The position numbers were made by a program, and so were the translations under genes. The notes under the pieces are model-generated. The model did no database searches, had not been told where the DNA came from, and saw nothing but the letters and a program-made list of their open reading frames with translations. A stretch of 64,000 nt of DNA from positions 151,630-215,629 of the forward strand of contig JBBQWG010000001.1 in NCBI GenBank assembly GCA_038210825.1, written 5' to 3'. How positions within the stretch are numbered: position 1 is the stretch's first letter; every line of letters begins with the position of its first letter. Of the stretch, positions 51,883-61,700 are shown one piece after another. The DNA is from Verrucomicrobiales bacterium (GTDB taxonomy: Bacteria; Verrucomicrobiota; Verrucomicrobiia; Verrucomicrobiales; V1-33).

Positions 51883-54156
51883 TTGATGCATCCCACGTCG
51901 TCCTTCCCTCAAACCCGCCACCTTGTCCTCCTCGGAGGGGGTCACAGCCATGCGCTGGCGCTTCGCCACTTGGCCATGAATCCCCTGCGGGGGATCCGTG
52001 TCACTCTGATCTCCGAGGGATCCGCTGCTGCTTATTCAGGGATGCTGCCCGGGCACATCGCGGGGATGTATTCATGGGAGGAAATGCACATCGATCTGCG
52101 CCGGCTTTGTGCCTCCGCAGGGGCGGCGTTTATCCACGCCGAAGTAGTGGGACTGAATGCGGCCGCGCGGAGTATCACTCTGGCCGGACGCCCCCCTCTA
52201 ACTTATGATGTCATATCCATCAATTTGGGCGGAACGCCACAAACGGCCAATGTTCCGGGCGCCGCTGAGTTTGCTGTCCCGGCCAAACCAGTGCCCCGCC
52301 TGCTGGAGGGTTGGAGCCGCATCCAGAAGGCCGCCAGGCAGCGGGCCGTTCCACCGCAGCGACCCCTGCGGGTGGTGGTGGTCGGTGGGGGTGCCGGCGG
52401 GGTGGAACTAGCCCTTTGCATGCAACATCAGCTCGGCGGACTGGCGGAAATAACGCTTATTCATCGCGGAACATCCATCATGGACACGCATCCAACCCGA
52501 GTGCGTTCGCTCCTCTCTGCAGTCCTTGAGGAAAGGCACATTCAAATCCTGACATCGGCAGAAGTGACGGAAGTCAGAGCGGACCGCGTCAGGCTCGCCG
52601 GAACAGCCCTCCCTGAAGTGCCGGCTGACTTTGTTCTCTGGGTGACTTCCTCCACCCCTGCCCCATGGCTGGCGGCCAGCGGATTGAAAACCGCCAGCGA
52701 TGGATCCGTCTCTGTTTCTGATTGTCTACAGTCCACCAGCCATCCGGAGGTGTTTGCGGCAGGGGATGTGGCCTCCCTTCCGGAGCGGCTGCCACGTTCC
52801 GGAGTTTACGCGGTGCGGATGGCCCGGCCATTGGCCAACAATCTCCGGAGGTATCTTTCCGGCACCGCGCTTCGACCATACCGTCCCCAACGATCCTTCC
52901 TCAGCCTTATCGGCACGGCGGATGGCAAGGCGGTGGCCAGCCGGCGCCCTTGGGCCTTGCGTTCGGGGTGGCTCTGGCGGCTCAAGGACGGAATCGACCG
53001 CCGCTTCATGGGGAAATTTGAACACCTCCCCGTGATGAAAGTTAAGCGGCAGCCTGCCACGCAGACCGCGCAGCAGCCCGCGTCGCCGTCCGGGCCCCCG
53101 GCCATGCGGTGCCGGGGGTGCGCCGCCAAAATCGGGTTCCCGACGTTGAGCGCCACCCTCGACCGGTTGCGGGAGGATTTTCCTGACGTAGTGCGGAGCG
53201 CGGACCACCGGGACATTCAAATCGGCCTCGATTCGCCGGATGATGCGGCCGTTTTCTCCACTCCACCCGGCCATCGGCTGGTGCAGACGGTGGACTATTT
53301 GCCGGCGCTCATGGACGATCCGTTTGTCTTTGGACAGATCGCCGCCCTGCATGGCTTCAGCGATGTCTTCGCCATGGGGGCGGAGCCCCATAGCTGCCTT
53401 GCTGCGGCGCTGGTGCCATTCGGTGGTGCAGCCCTGACAGAGGAATTGCTCTATCAACTGCTGGCGGGGGTGCTTACCGTGCTGCGCCAAAGTGAAACCC
53501 GCCTGATAGGGGGGCATTGTGCCGAGGGCGATCCCATGGCCCTGACTCTTGTGTGCAATGGCCTCGTGTCCCCTGACAGCTCCCTGATGACCAAGGGTGG
53601 CCTGCGCGCCGGCGACCTGCTTATTCTCACGAAACCCATCGGGACCGGCATCCTTTATGCCGCCGCGATGCGGCATCTGGCCCGTGCGCGGTGGATCGAT
53701 GCCGCCGAGCGCTCCATGTTGCGGTCGAATTTGCCGGCCAGCCGGATTCTCCTCGCGTATGGGGCCACCGGATGCACGGACGTAACCGGGTTCGGACTGG
53801 CCGGCCATTTGCAGGAGATGCTGCGCGCCTCGGGGTGCAGCGCCCTGGTGCGGCCCGACACCTTGCCACTCATCGATGGAGCTTTGGACGCCTCCGGTCT
53901 TGGCGTGCGCAGTTCGCTTTACGAGTCCAATGCCGCTGCGGTCGCCCTGACTCCGGAAGCCGCGCGATTCGCGGAACATCCGAATTTTCCCCTGCTGTTC
54001 GATCCTCAGACTTCGGGTGGACTGCTCGCCGGCGTGGCCGAAACCAAGGCGGAAAGCTGTCTCGCGGCCTTGCAGGCCGCCGGGTATCCGGAAGCCGCCA
54101 TCATCGGGCACATCCTGACAGGTCCTCCCGAAGCACCACTCCTCACGTTTTCCTAG
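51883..54156 (+). CDS. selD: Bifunctional FAD-dependent pyridine nucleotide-disulfide oxidoreductase (NADH dehydrogenase-like) / selenide, water dikinase
   Basis: 757 aa. The N-terminal half has Rossmann motifs (LVLLGGGHSH, VVVVGGGAGGVELA). The C-terminal half is SelD: RCRGCAAKIG (Cys-type active site), DDAAV, GQIAALHGFSDVFAMGAEP, LILTKPIGTG, DVTGFGLAGH, PQTSGGLL. Confidence 0.88.
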   Translation: MMHPTSSFPQTRHLVLLGGGHSHALALRHLAMNPLRGIRVTLISEGSAAAYSGMLPGHIAGMYSWEEMHIDLRRLCASAGAAFIHAEVVGLNAAARSITLAGRPPLTYDVISINLGGTPQTANVPGAAEFAVPAKPVPRLLEGWSRIQKAARQRAVPPQRPLRVVVVGGGAGGVELALCMQHQLGGLAEITLIHRGTSIMDTHPTRVRSLLSAVLEERHIQILTSAEVTEVRADRVRLAGTALPEVPADFVLWVTSSTPAPWLAASGLKTASDGSVSVSDCLQSTSHPEVFAAGDVASLPERLPRSGVYAVRMARPLANNLRRYLSGTALRPYRPQRSFLSLIGTADGKAVASRRPWALRSGWLWRLKDGIDRRFMGKFEHLPVMKVKRQPATQTAQQPASPSGPPAMRCRGCAAKIGFPTLSATLDRLREDFPDVVRSADHRDIQIGLDSPDDAAVFSTPPGHRLVQTVDYLPALMDDPFVFGQIAALHGFSDVFAMGAEPHSCLAAALVPFGGAALTEELLYQLLAGVLTVLRQSETRLIGGHCAEGDPMALTLVCNGLVSPDSSLMTKGGLRAGDLLILTKPIGTGILYAAAMRHLARARWIDAAERSMLRSNLPASRILLAYGATGCTDVTGFGLAGHLQEMLRASGCSALVRPDTLPLIDGALDASGLGVRSSLYESNAAAVALTPEAARFAEHPNFPLLFDPQTSGGLLAGVAETKAESCLAALQAAGYPEAAIIGHILTGPPEAPLLTFS

Positions 54157-56071
54157 CTGACCCCAGGGTGCGGACATCGCCGCTCCGCCGCGTAAACCCC
54201 TCCCGGTCACAGCGTTCGAGAAACGGGATCATGACCCGCCGGGAACTGCCCAGACAGGTTCTGAGATCACTAACTTTGGCAGGACCCTGCTGTTGGATAA
54301 AGGCCGCGAGGGTCTCCTTCATTTTGGCGTAGGCCGACGCAGAGAGGACTACCTCACTATCAAGCTCGATGATCCGGCCTGCTTCCCGGAAGAAACGCAG
54401 GGCCTGCTGGGAGGGCAAATCCGGAGCCAATTCGCTGCGGGAGGGAGGGTCAAATGGTCTGAGGGCCAAGGCCGCCAGCAGCCGGCCTCCAGCTGCCCGG
54501 AGCGGAGGGGGGAGCGCCGCCCGGTGAGACTGGCGCTGGATAGCGTGCTTCACTTTTCCAAACCCGTTCGCGCAAAGGTCCGCGACGAGCGATTCGAAAA
54601 CCCTGGGAACCTTCACCTCACTTCCCAGCGCACTCTCCAACCGGCCCAGATCGAGTCCCGGCAGGTCAGGATGGTTGCGGTGTTCCAGATCAATCAGAGC
54701 GGCAGCGGCGGTGAACAGATTTCTCCACCACCCTGCCTCCGCCAAAAAATCACCATGCCCCACTAACTCCCCCTGCGCCAGGCATTCACCCACGGCGTCC
54801 TCCACCTCACGGATGCTGAATCCCGACTTTGCCAGCAACGTCCCGCGCGGCACCACCCGATGCCGGGCAAGCTGAGTCCTGACAAAGACCCCGGCGTCCA
54901 TGGGAGCGCGGGCCCGGGCGGCCAGCAGGAGTTGCTGCGCTTCGGTGCGGAAACCCGGAGCACTGGCTTCCGGATCCAGCACCAAGGCACCCGCAAGGGT
55001 GTGGCGTGCCGAAGCATCGCGCAGAACACAACGATCCCCGGCAAAGACCAGCATGGGGGAGTCCATCCGCACCTGCGCCACCACAGAAGCACCAGGCAGG
55101 AGCACCCCGGAGTCCTTCAGATAGACCCTCGCCTCCGAGCTGCCGCTGCCATGATGCAGGCGCAGCCGTTCCCCGTGCCGCAGCGGTGGCGCATCTGCCG
55201 GCAGGCGGGCCAAACGGGTGAGCAACACATCCACCATCCGCCTGGGCTCCCCGGCATCCGTCCGGGTGATGACCTGCCCGCGGGCCAAACCGCCATCGCC
55301 CACCCGGTGCTGCACGGAGGCCTCCGGAAGATTCAGCGCCGCACGTTGCCCAGAGCTGATTTCGGCCACCTCATGGTGGTGGTTTTGAATCCGGCGCACC
55401 CGCAGAGGGGTATCGCATGGACGGGCCATGACCGTGTCACCAACGAGGAATTTTCCCCCGCTCAAGGTGCCGGTCACCACCGTTCCGAGGCCCCGCAGGG
55501 AAAAGGCCCGATCCACTGCGAGGCGTGGCTTGCCAATGTCCCGCCGCGGCGGAAGCTTTGACAGTTCCTGGGTCAGGCAGGACCGCAACTGGTCGAGGCC
55601 TAACCCTGCCACACAGGAAGTGGGCACGATAGGAGCATCCGCATAGTTGCTCTCCTGAAGTTGCTGGCGGAGCGCTTTGCCGGCAGCCTCAGCGTCTGCG
55701 AGGTCGCATTTGGTCAGCGCTACCACCGCCCGCGGCACTCCAAGGTAGGTCAGGATGTGGAGGTGCTCCTCGGTCTGCGGCATCCAGCCGTCATCCGCCG
55801 CCACCACCAGCAATGCCAGATCGATCGATCCCACTCCGGCTACCATGTTCTTGACAAAATCCTCGTGCCCGGGGACGTCGATCACGCCGATGGAGAATTC
55901 AGAGCCATCCGCCGGCAGGGTCAGCTGCGCGAACCCCAGATCGATGGTGATGCCCCGGGCTTTTTCCTGCGGCAGGCGGCTCGGATCGGTGCCGGTCAGC
56001 GCTTTGACCAAGGCGCTCTTTCCGTGGTCCACATGGCCAGCGGTGGCAACAATAAAGGGCGTGGCGGTCAC
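54143..56071 (-). CDS. selB: Selenocysteine-specific translation elongation factor
   Basis: 642 aa. GTPase motifs are present (ATAGHVDHGKSALVKALTG, DVPGHEDF, TKCD). A long C-terminal winged-helix extension is typical of bacterial SelB. Confidence 0.92.
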   Translation of the reverse strand: MTATPFIVATAGHVDHGKSALVKALTGTDPSRLPQEKARGITIDLGFAQLTLPADGSEFSIGVIDVPGHEDFVKNMVAGVGSIDLALLVVAADDGWMPQTEEHLHILTYLGVPRAVVALTKCDLADAEAAGKALRQQLQESNYADAPIVPTSCVAGLGLDQLRSCLTQELSKLPPRRDIGKPRLAVDRAFSLRGLGTVVTGTLSGGKFLVGDTVMARPCDTPLRVRRIQNHHHEVAEISSGQRAALNLPEASVQHRVGDGGLARGQVITRTDAGEPRRMVDVLLTRLARLPADAPPLRHGERLRLHHGSGSSEARVYLKDSGVLLPGASVVAQVRMDSPMLVFAGDRCVLRDASARHTLAGALVLDPEASAPGFRTEAQQLLLAARARAPMDAGVFVRTQLARHRVVPRGTLLAKSGFSIREVEDAVGECLAQGELVGHGDFLAEAGWWRNLFTAAAALIDLEHRNHPDLPGLDLGRLESALGSEVKVPRVFESLVADLCANGFGKVKHAIQRQSHRAALPPPLRAAGGRLLAALALRPFDPPSRSELAPDLPSQQALRFFREAGRIIELDSEVVLSASAYAKMKETLAAFIQQQGPAKVSDLRTCLGSSRRVMIPFLERCDREGFTRRSGDVRTLGSARKT

Positions 56072-56085
56072 AGGCGGGGAGGCGG

Positions 56086-57468
56086 TTAGGTTGATTCGTT
56101 AGTCGCAGCAGGGGCCTCCGCCACGGCCATGATGATCGAATCCACCAGGGCCGTATCCTGCCGGGGGAAGACTGTCCGGAGATCGATTTTGAAATGCTTC
56201 TTCGTGATGTTTCCCACCACCGGCACCGGGCCAAGGCGAAGCCGTTGGCTGAATGCCTCCAAGCTGAGGCCGGCGGGGACGAGGTCCACAGTGATGGACG
56301 GTAACGAACTGCGGGGCAGGGTGCCTCCTCCCACCTGCCCCGTTCCGTGGCCCACCGTCGCCCGCAACGGCTGGTCCACAAGTGCTGCGACAATCCTTTC
56401 GGCACGGGCCACCAGCGACTCCCGGCTTGCTTGCAGCATCGAGATCACCGGCAGCGTGCCGGTATCACCGGCAAGGCATTGGTCCACCGTGGATTGCAGG
56501 GCGGTGAGCACCAGCTTCCCACACCGCAGCGCCCGGTAGAGGGGTTCCCGCTTAAGCGCTGATACCGCGTGTTGCCGCCCGGCGATGATCCCTGCCTGCG
56601 GACCTCCAAGCAGTTTATCGCCGCTGAAACACACCAGATCCGCTCCACTCCCTAGCACCTCCTCAACGGTGGGCTCATGTTCCAGTCCGGCGATTTTTTC
56701 CGTGGCCAGAATCGCGCCGCTTCCAAGATCTTCCACGAAGGGAACGCGTTTGCTCCTGGCCAACCGGGCGATTTCCCCCGTCGTGGGTGACTGCACGAAA
56801 CCGCCCATGAAAAAATTGCTGCGATGCACTTTTAAAACCAGCCCGGTCTCCGGTCCAAGAGCCCGTGCGTAGTCTTCGAGGGTCGTCTGATTGGTCGTCC
56901 CCACTTCGCGCAGGCGGGCTCCGCTCGCTTCGAGGATTTCCGGAACGCGGAACCCCCCGCCGATTTGCACCAATTCCCCGCGCGAAATCACCACTTCCGG
57001 TCTTTTCGCCGTGAAATGCCTAACCATCAGCATCAGTGCGGCGGCACCATTGTTCACGACCATGGCAGCTTCCCCACCACAAAGCAGCGCCAGGTTGTGC
57101 TCCAGATAACCCGCCCGGCTGCCGCGCGTTCCCCCCGTGAGATCGATTTCCAGATTGCAATACTCCCCGGCCACCGCGTGGACGGAATGGTTTGCTGCCG
57201 GTCCAAGTGGCGAGCGTCCCAGATTGGTATGGATCAGGATGCCGGTGCCATTGATGACCGGGCGGATCTTCTGCGCAAGGAGTTGGGAAATTGCTATTTG
57301 CACCCGCCGGGCCACAGCTTCGGGCTCCGGAATCGCCGCCTCTTTGCGCAGCGCCGCCAGTTCCCGCCGCACGATCGAGACCACGGCCGGTCGCGGCAGA
57401 TCAACGGTGCCGATCGCCCGCAGGACAGCCTGAACGGCCGGGATGGATCGTAACCGCGCTGGATTCAC
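56086..57468 (-). CDS. selA: L-seryl-tRNA(Sec) selenium transferase
   Basis: SelA signatures include LRSIPAVQAVLR, VINGTGILIHTNLGRSPL and the PLP-lysine region FSGDKLLGGPQAGII. A GTG start at 57466-57468 (MNPARLRSIP) is proposed because the upstream part of ORF 56086..57642 is occupied by tRNA-Sec. Confidence 0.88.
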   Translation of the reverse strand: MNPARLRSIPAVQAVLRAIGTVDLPRPAVVSIVRRELAALRKEAAIPEPEAVARRVQIAISQLLAQKIRPVINGTGILIHTNLGRSPLGPAANHSVHAVAGEYCNLEIDLTGGTRGSRAGYLEHNLALLCGGEAAMVVNNGAAALMLMVRHFTAKRPEVVISRGELVQIGGGFRVPEILEASGARLREVGTTNQTTLEDYARALGPETGLVLKVHRSNFFMGGFVQSPTTGEIARLARSKRVPFVEDLGSGAILATEKIAGLEHEPTVEEVLGSGADLVCFSGDKLLGGPQAGIIAGRQHAVSALKREPLYRALRCGKLVLTALQSTVDQCLAGDTGTLPVISMLQASRESLVARAERIVAALVDQPLRATVGHGTGQVGGGTLPRSSLPSITVDLVPAGLSLEAFSQRLRLGPVPVVGNITKKHFKIDLRTVFPRQDTALVDSIIMAVAEAPAATNEST

Positions 57469-57502
57469 TGGCTCATCAGGAAGTGGGGGGACAGAAAAAG
57501 GG

Positions 57503-57598
57503 GGCGGAGAGGACAGGAATCGAACCTGCCCCGGCCCGCAGAACGGACCGGCGTCGGTTTTGAAGACCGCAGGGACCACCAGGCACCCTTCACTCTCC
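57503..57598 (-). tRNA. selC: tRNA-Sec (anticodon UCA); ends approximate to +/-2 nt
   Basis: The reverse complement reads GGAGAGTGAAGGGTGCCTGGTGGTCCCTGCGGTCTTCAAAACCGACGCCGGTCCGTTCTGCGGGCCGGGGCAGGTTCGATTCCTGTCCTCTCCGCC. The anticodon loop is CUUCAAA (plus-strand tga at 57561-57563). A long 8-bp variable arm pairs CCGGTCCG with CGGGCCGG. The 4-nt D-loop is UGGU. The T arm GCAGGTTCGATTCCTGT is nearly identical to E. coli selC as I recall it. The discriminator is G. The gene lies directly upstream of selA-selB. Confidence 0.85.
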
Positions 57599-57830
57599 GG
57601 GGTGCTCCCCGTTGCCATTTCTACCGGCAAGCGCAATGGCAAGAGTGGGACACCGGAGATCGAGGTAGTTGGTTTGCGGGCAGGAAAAATTTGTTAAGTT
57701 GCGGTGAAATACTGCCAAGTGGAAATTGTTCGGGGCGCGGGATGTAGCCAGACCAGACGTGGACGGGGCTGACCCTGCAGAGCGGCATGGGGATGCCCGG
57801 TCCTTCCACCAAAAACCTGCCCATCGCCAT

Positions 57831-58799
57831 CTAAAAATCTCCCGCCGGGAAAGCGGTCGCCAAATCCGCTAGCACGGTCTGAGGGAAAATCGGGTTTCCT
57901 CCCCGGTCCAGCCAGGGACTGCAGGCGGCGACACAGCCCTGCCCCGGCCACACCCCGAACATGACGCCGCTGACTCCCGATTTCGCTGGCAATCCAGTCC
58001 TCCCGAACCATGCGGCCGACGCTTCATAAAGACCGCACCGGCTCATGGCCCGCAGCACCCGGGCGCGGTCTGCCATCCCGGTCATCGCCAAAGCGTGGCC
58101 CAACCACGCCACATCCTGGATGTTGCCTGCCAAACAACACATCCGGAAGTAGATCTCATACGCGGCCCTTGCGGATATCGCCCGCTGGCTTCCTGCCAAC
58201 TCCTCCGCCAATGCCCAATTGGAGGGATCCCTGCCGTTCTGCATCACCCCGGCGAAACATTCGCCGTCCAATTTTAAAACTGCTTCCGGGGCCAATCCTG
58301 CCAGCCACGCCACGAAAAGCCTCTCCTGCTCAAGCGGTCCATCCCCCGGCATCTTGGAAGCCAACAGCATCGCCCCGCTGTTCAGCATCGCGTTCCGCGG
58401 CTTCCCGCCATCCGCCTGCAGTTGTTCCAGCGACCAATACGGCAGGCCGCTTGGCTCGTCATCCACCCATCCTGCCACCGTTTCCGCCCCATAACATTCC
58501 AATGCCCGCAGCAGCAAAAATGGCTTCACGGCACTCATCAGGGTAAACCGGTCTTCCCCGTCCCCGGCCACCCTGACATTTCCACCGGCCACGCAACAAA
58601 CTGCTTCCCCCTCAGCTCTTCCCGGTGCCTCCATGCAAAGCACCTCCTGCGGATCCCGCCGGACCAGCCCCGCGCGGCCTTGTTCCCGCATTCCGGCAAG
58701 GTAGGCATTGGTGATGGTTTCGATCCCGGACACGAGTGACTTTCTATCGGCTTTTGCACATGACAAGGAAGCGCGCTGCTTCGGAAAAACGACGTTCAC
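57831..58799 (-). CDS. glsA: Glutaminase-family protein (serine-dependent, beta-lactamase fold), divergent N-terminus
   Basis: Motifs: FTLMSAVKPFLLLRAL (S-x-x-K), EPSGLPYWSLEQL, PRNAMLNSGAML, GLPAKSGVSGVM. The GTG start overlaps the stop of the upstream 1379-aa gene (GTGA). Confidence 0.8.
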   Translation of the reverse strand: MNVVFPKQRASLSCAKADRKSLVSGIETITNAYLAGMREQGRAGLVRRDPQEVLCMEAPGRAEGEAVCCVAGGNVRVAGDGEDRFTLMSAVKPFLLLRALECYGAETVAGWVDDEPSGLPYWSLEQLQADGGKPRNAMLNSGAMLLASKMPGDGPLEQERLFVAWLAGLAPEAVLKLDGECFAGVMQNGRDPSNWALAEELAGSQRAISARAAYEIYFRMCCLAGNIQDVAWLGHALAMTGMADRARVLRAMSRCGLYEASAAWFGRTGLPAKSGVSGVMFGVWPGQGCVAACSPWLDRGGNPIFPQTVLADLATAFPAGDF

Positions 58800-61700
58800 C
58801 AGAAATCATCGTCCTGATCAAACGCGGCAGACTCGGATTTGAGCTGCCGCTTCATCATCGCCCTGCATTCCCTTAACAATTCACCATAAAAGGTCTTCAA
58901 TACTGGCTGAAACTCATTTTCCTGCAGAAGTTTTTCCACCCTGGAAATGATGTGGCATTCCTGACCATCGCCCGGCATCGGCTCCCCGATCTCTGTTAGA
59001 CGGGTATTTAACGATGATCCCACCCAACGGCTGGCACTGAACCTAAGGCTTTGTTGCGCCGCCGGCAGAAGGGATGGCAGATGTTCGGCGATGTGATTCA
59101 AAAGTTGGCCCAATTGTTGGGGATAGCTCAAAACCAAGGTTGGAGAATCACCGGTGGCAACACTTTCAAACAAGGCCAAGTCGTCGTCACTGCGCAATAA
59201 CGTAATCCAGTCGCCGATCAGTGGACCATACTTGGGACCGGCATCGTCAAGCATCCAGCGCGCCATCTGTTGCAGGTTCAGGAGATGGCCGTCCCGATGG
59301 CAAATATTGGCTCCTGGGTCGGTCTGATGGACTTTTTCCAATTCCTGCAGGATCTCGTCCCGAAGAGTAGTGAACTCGACTTGGAAGGTCCCAAACTGCG
59401 CAAACCGACTTAATGTCACTCTCAACCTTCCTTCCGGGAGAGGCTGATAGTTTCTCCGCCTGTCTTGGGGATTTTCGCTCAAAAGCCGGGCATAGTTTAT
59501 TCGTTGACGGTAAAATCCATAGACTTCCGCCGGGTATCGTTCCGCGATCTTTCCAAAATGATGCCTCCCGTTGATCTGTGGCAAATCGCTGATCTCCAAC
59601 AGCGAGGCCAAAGTTCTTTCGATGAGATCCGGAGGTATTTGGCTTACATCTTGCCACAGGATTCGGGCAGCAAGTGCAAGGATGGCCTCGACCTCCGATT
59701 CCCCGATGGATGACTTTATGGCGTGCTTTAGAATGTCCACACAAAACCCCCCATTCCCCTCGGGAAGGTAAGCAACATTATGGACGATGGATTGTCTTAA
59801 TTCCGCCGTTCCCTCGCTCACCATTACAAGGATAAATTGCCGCCCCTCCACGGGCAGTCTGTTCCAACGCTGCCACCAGACCATCAACCGGCCTGCTTCA
59901 TTTTGTAATATTGGACTAGATGAACGGGCCGCCCTCATCACCAGATCCACCCGGGGGGCCGCAGAAGTAGGACAAAGCCCGTCCATCAGGCTCCCGAAAG
60001 CGTGTGCGGTTTCCGGTACGCCGGACTTCAGTATTTCATCGGCGAGTGATTCCGCCAAATCGGGGAATTCCTTGGCTAGGGGAGTCAAGACCGTTCCTAG
60101 CCCGGGATGGTAAGCCAAGTTGGCAGCCCGTTTGACAAAAGCTTCCAGAAAATGGTGAAGAGTCGCCCCGGATGAATGCGTTTCGGCTAATTCTTCTGCC
60201 ACACGAACACAGAGCAATCCCCACACCTGCTGTTTTTCCTCGTAGTTGCAGTCTTCTTTCCCCAATGGCCGTTCCCGTGAGTAGGCTGGGGTGATTTCCT
60301 TGCCGCCGCCTGAGCAGGTCGCACGCACCAGCCGCAGTTCAAAGCCGTCCGGCAGTGTTTCAAACACGTCCCATGCTTTGAAGCGAAATTCTGATGGAGG
60401 TTCATAGCTAAGATGCCAGTCCAGGGCCTCCCAAACTCGCCAATGAACCAAGCCGGAGTTGGAATTGCCAGAAATTTCGCCGAGCAGATCCAAAGCTTCA
60501 ATTCGCTGAGGCAACCACTTTCCATGCAGCGGATCATCATCCTGGATTCCGAGGATATTGCACCGGTCTATGGCGATATCCATTACCGCAATACAGTTCA
60601 AAAGAATACCCTCATGACCACTTAGGGAAATCTTCCTGATCAGAGCTAAGATCCTTTTTCGCAAGGTAGTCATGGAATTTACCGCAAGTTCATGATGGGA
60701 CCATTTCAGTGTATTTTCGCCGTCCCATTTTTCTTCCACGACGCTATGGTTCAGAAAGACTTCAATGAATGCTACAAACCACCAGACTGGTTTGTTCAAC
60801 TGCTCCAAAATCTCCGGCTTGGCGAAATGCGCCTCCATCCAGGACAAGGCATCCTCAGATACACTCCTACGTTTACGGAATTCCAATTTGGCTATCTGCA
60901 CAATCGCGGCGAGCGCATGGTCCTGATTATGGTTGGCGGTCTGCACTGGTTGGTCGCAACCCATTACCCACAAGATATCAAAACAGCGAATTCTAAGCCC
61001 GTCATGATGCAAGGCGATCTGTTTTAGAAGGGGCGGAATCTTCTGAAGACATTCGGAAAATGTTGCGGAGGCAGGTCCGAACATCCCATACATCACTTCC
61101 TCATTTGCTGCACCAGGCGCGTCCTGGGATCGAATCAATGCGACTATTTCCAAGGTATGCTCCGGCAGATAAATTCCGAATTTTCCCCATGAATGGATCA
61201 TACTGCTTCGCCGATGGAAGCTTGCCCGTTTGTAGATCTCAGTCCATTTGGAAATCAAAGGAGCAACGACCGACTGATGATTCCCGCCCGCCTCACAACG
61301 TGCCCGCCATTCAGCCTCAGCCAAGTTCGGCAGACAGCGGGAAAGCGCTTCATCGTGGAGTTCCGTTGGAAGTGATTGGATGAAGTTTTCCACAAAGCCT
61401 GTCGAGCGCTGCTTATCCCCGTAAACGGCCCGATAGAGGACGTAATCGGAAAGCAAGTCGGGTGAAATACGGTAACCTTCACGATTTTGCCGCAATAGCC
61501 CTGCCCGCTCCAAACCATCAATCCATCTGGAGACATCATGTGGTTTGGTTTCGGCTCCCGCCCATTTTACCAAGACCTCAAACCAAGGGCCATCACGCGG
61601 CATGGGAGCCAACAGGGATACGGACTCAAGCAACCGATCCAACACATTGGGAGGGGCAATCAGTTCCAGTCCCGCGATACTTTTCCCAATGAGGCGCTGG

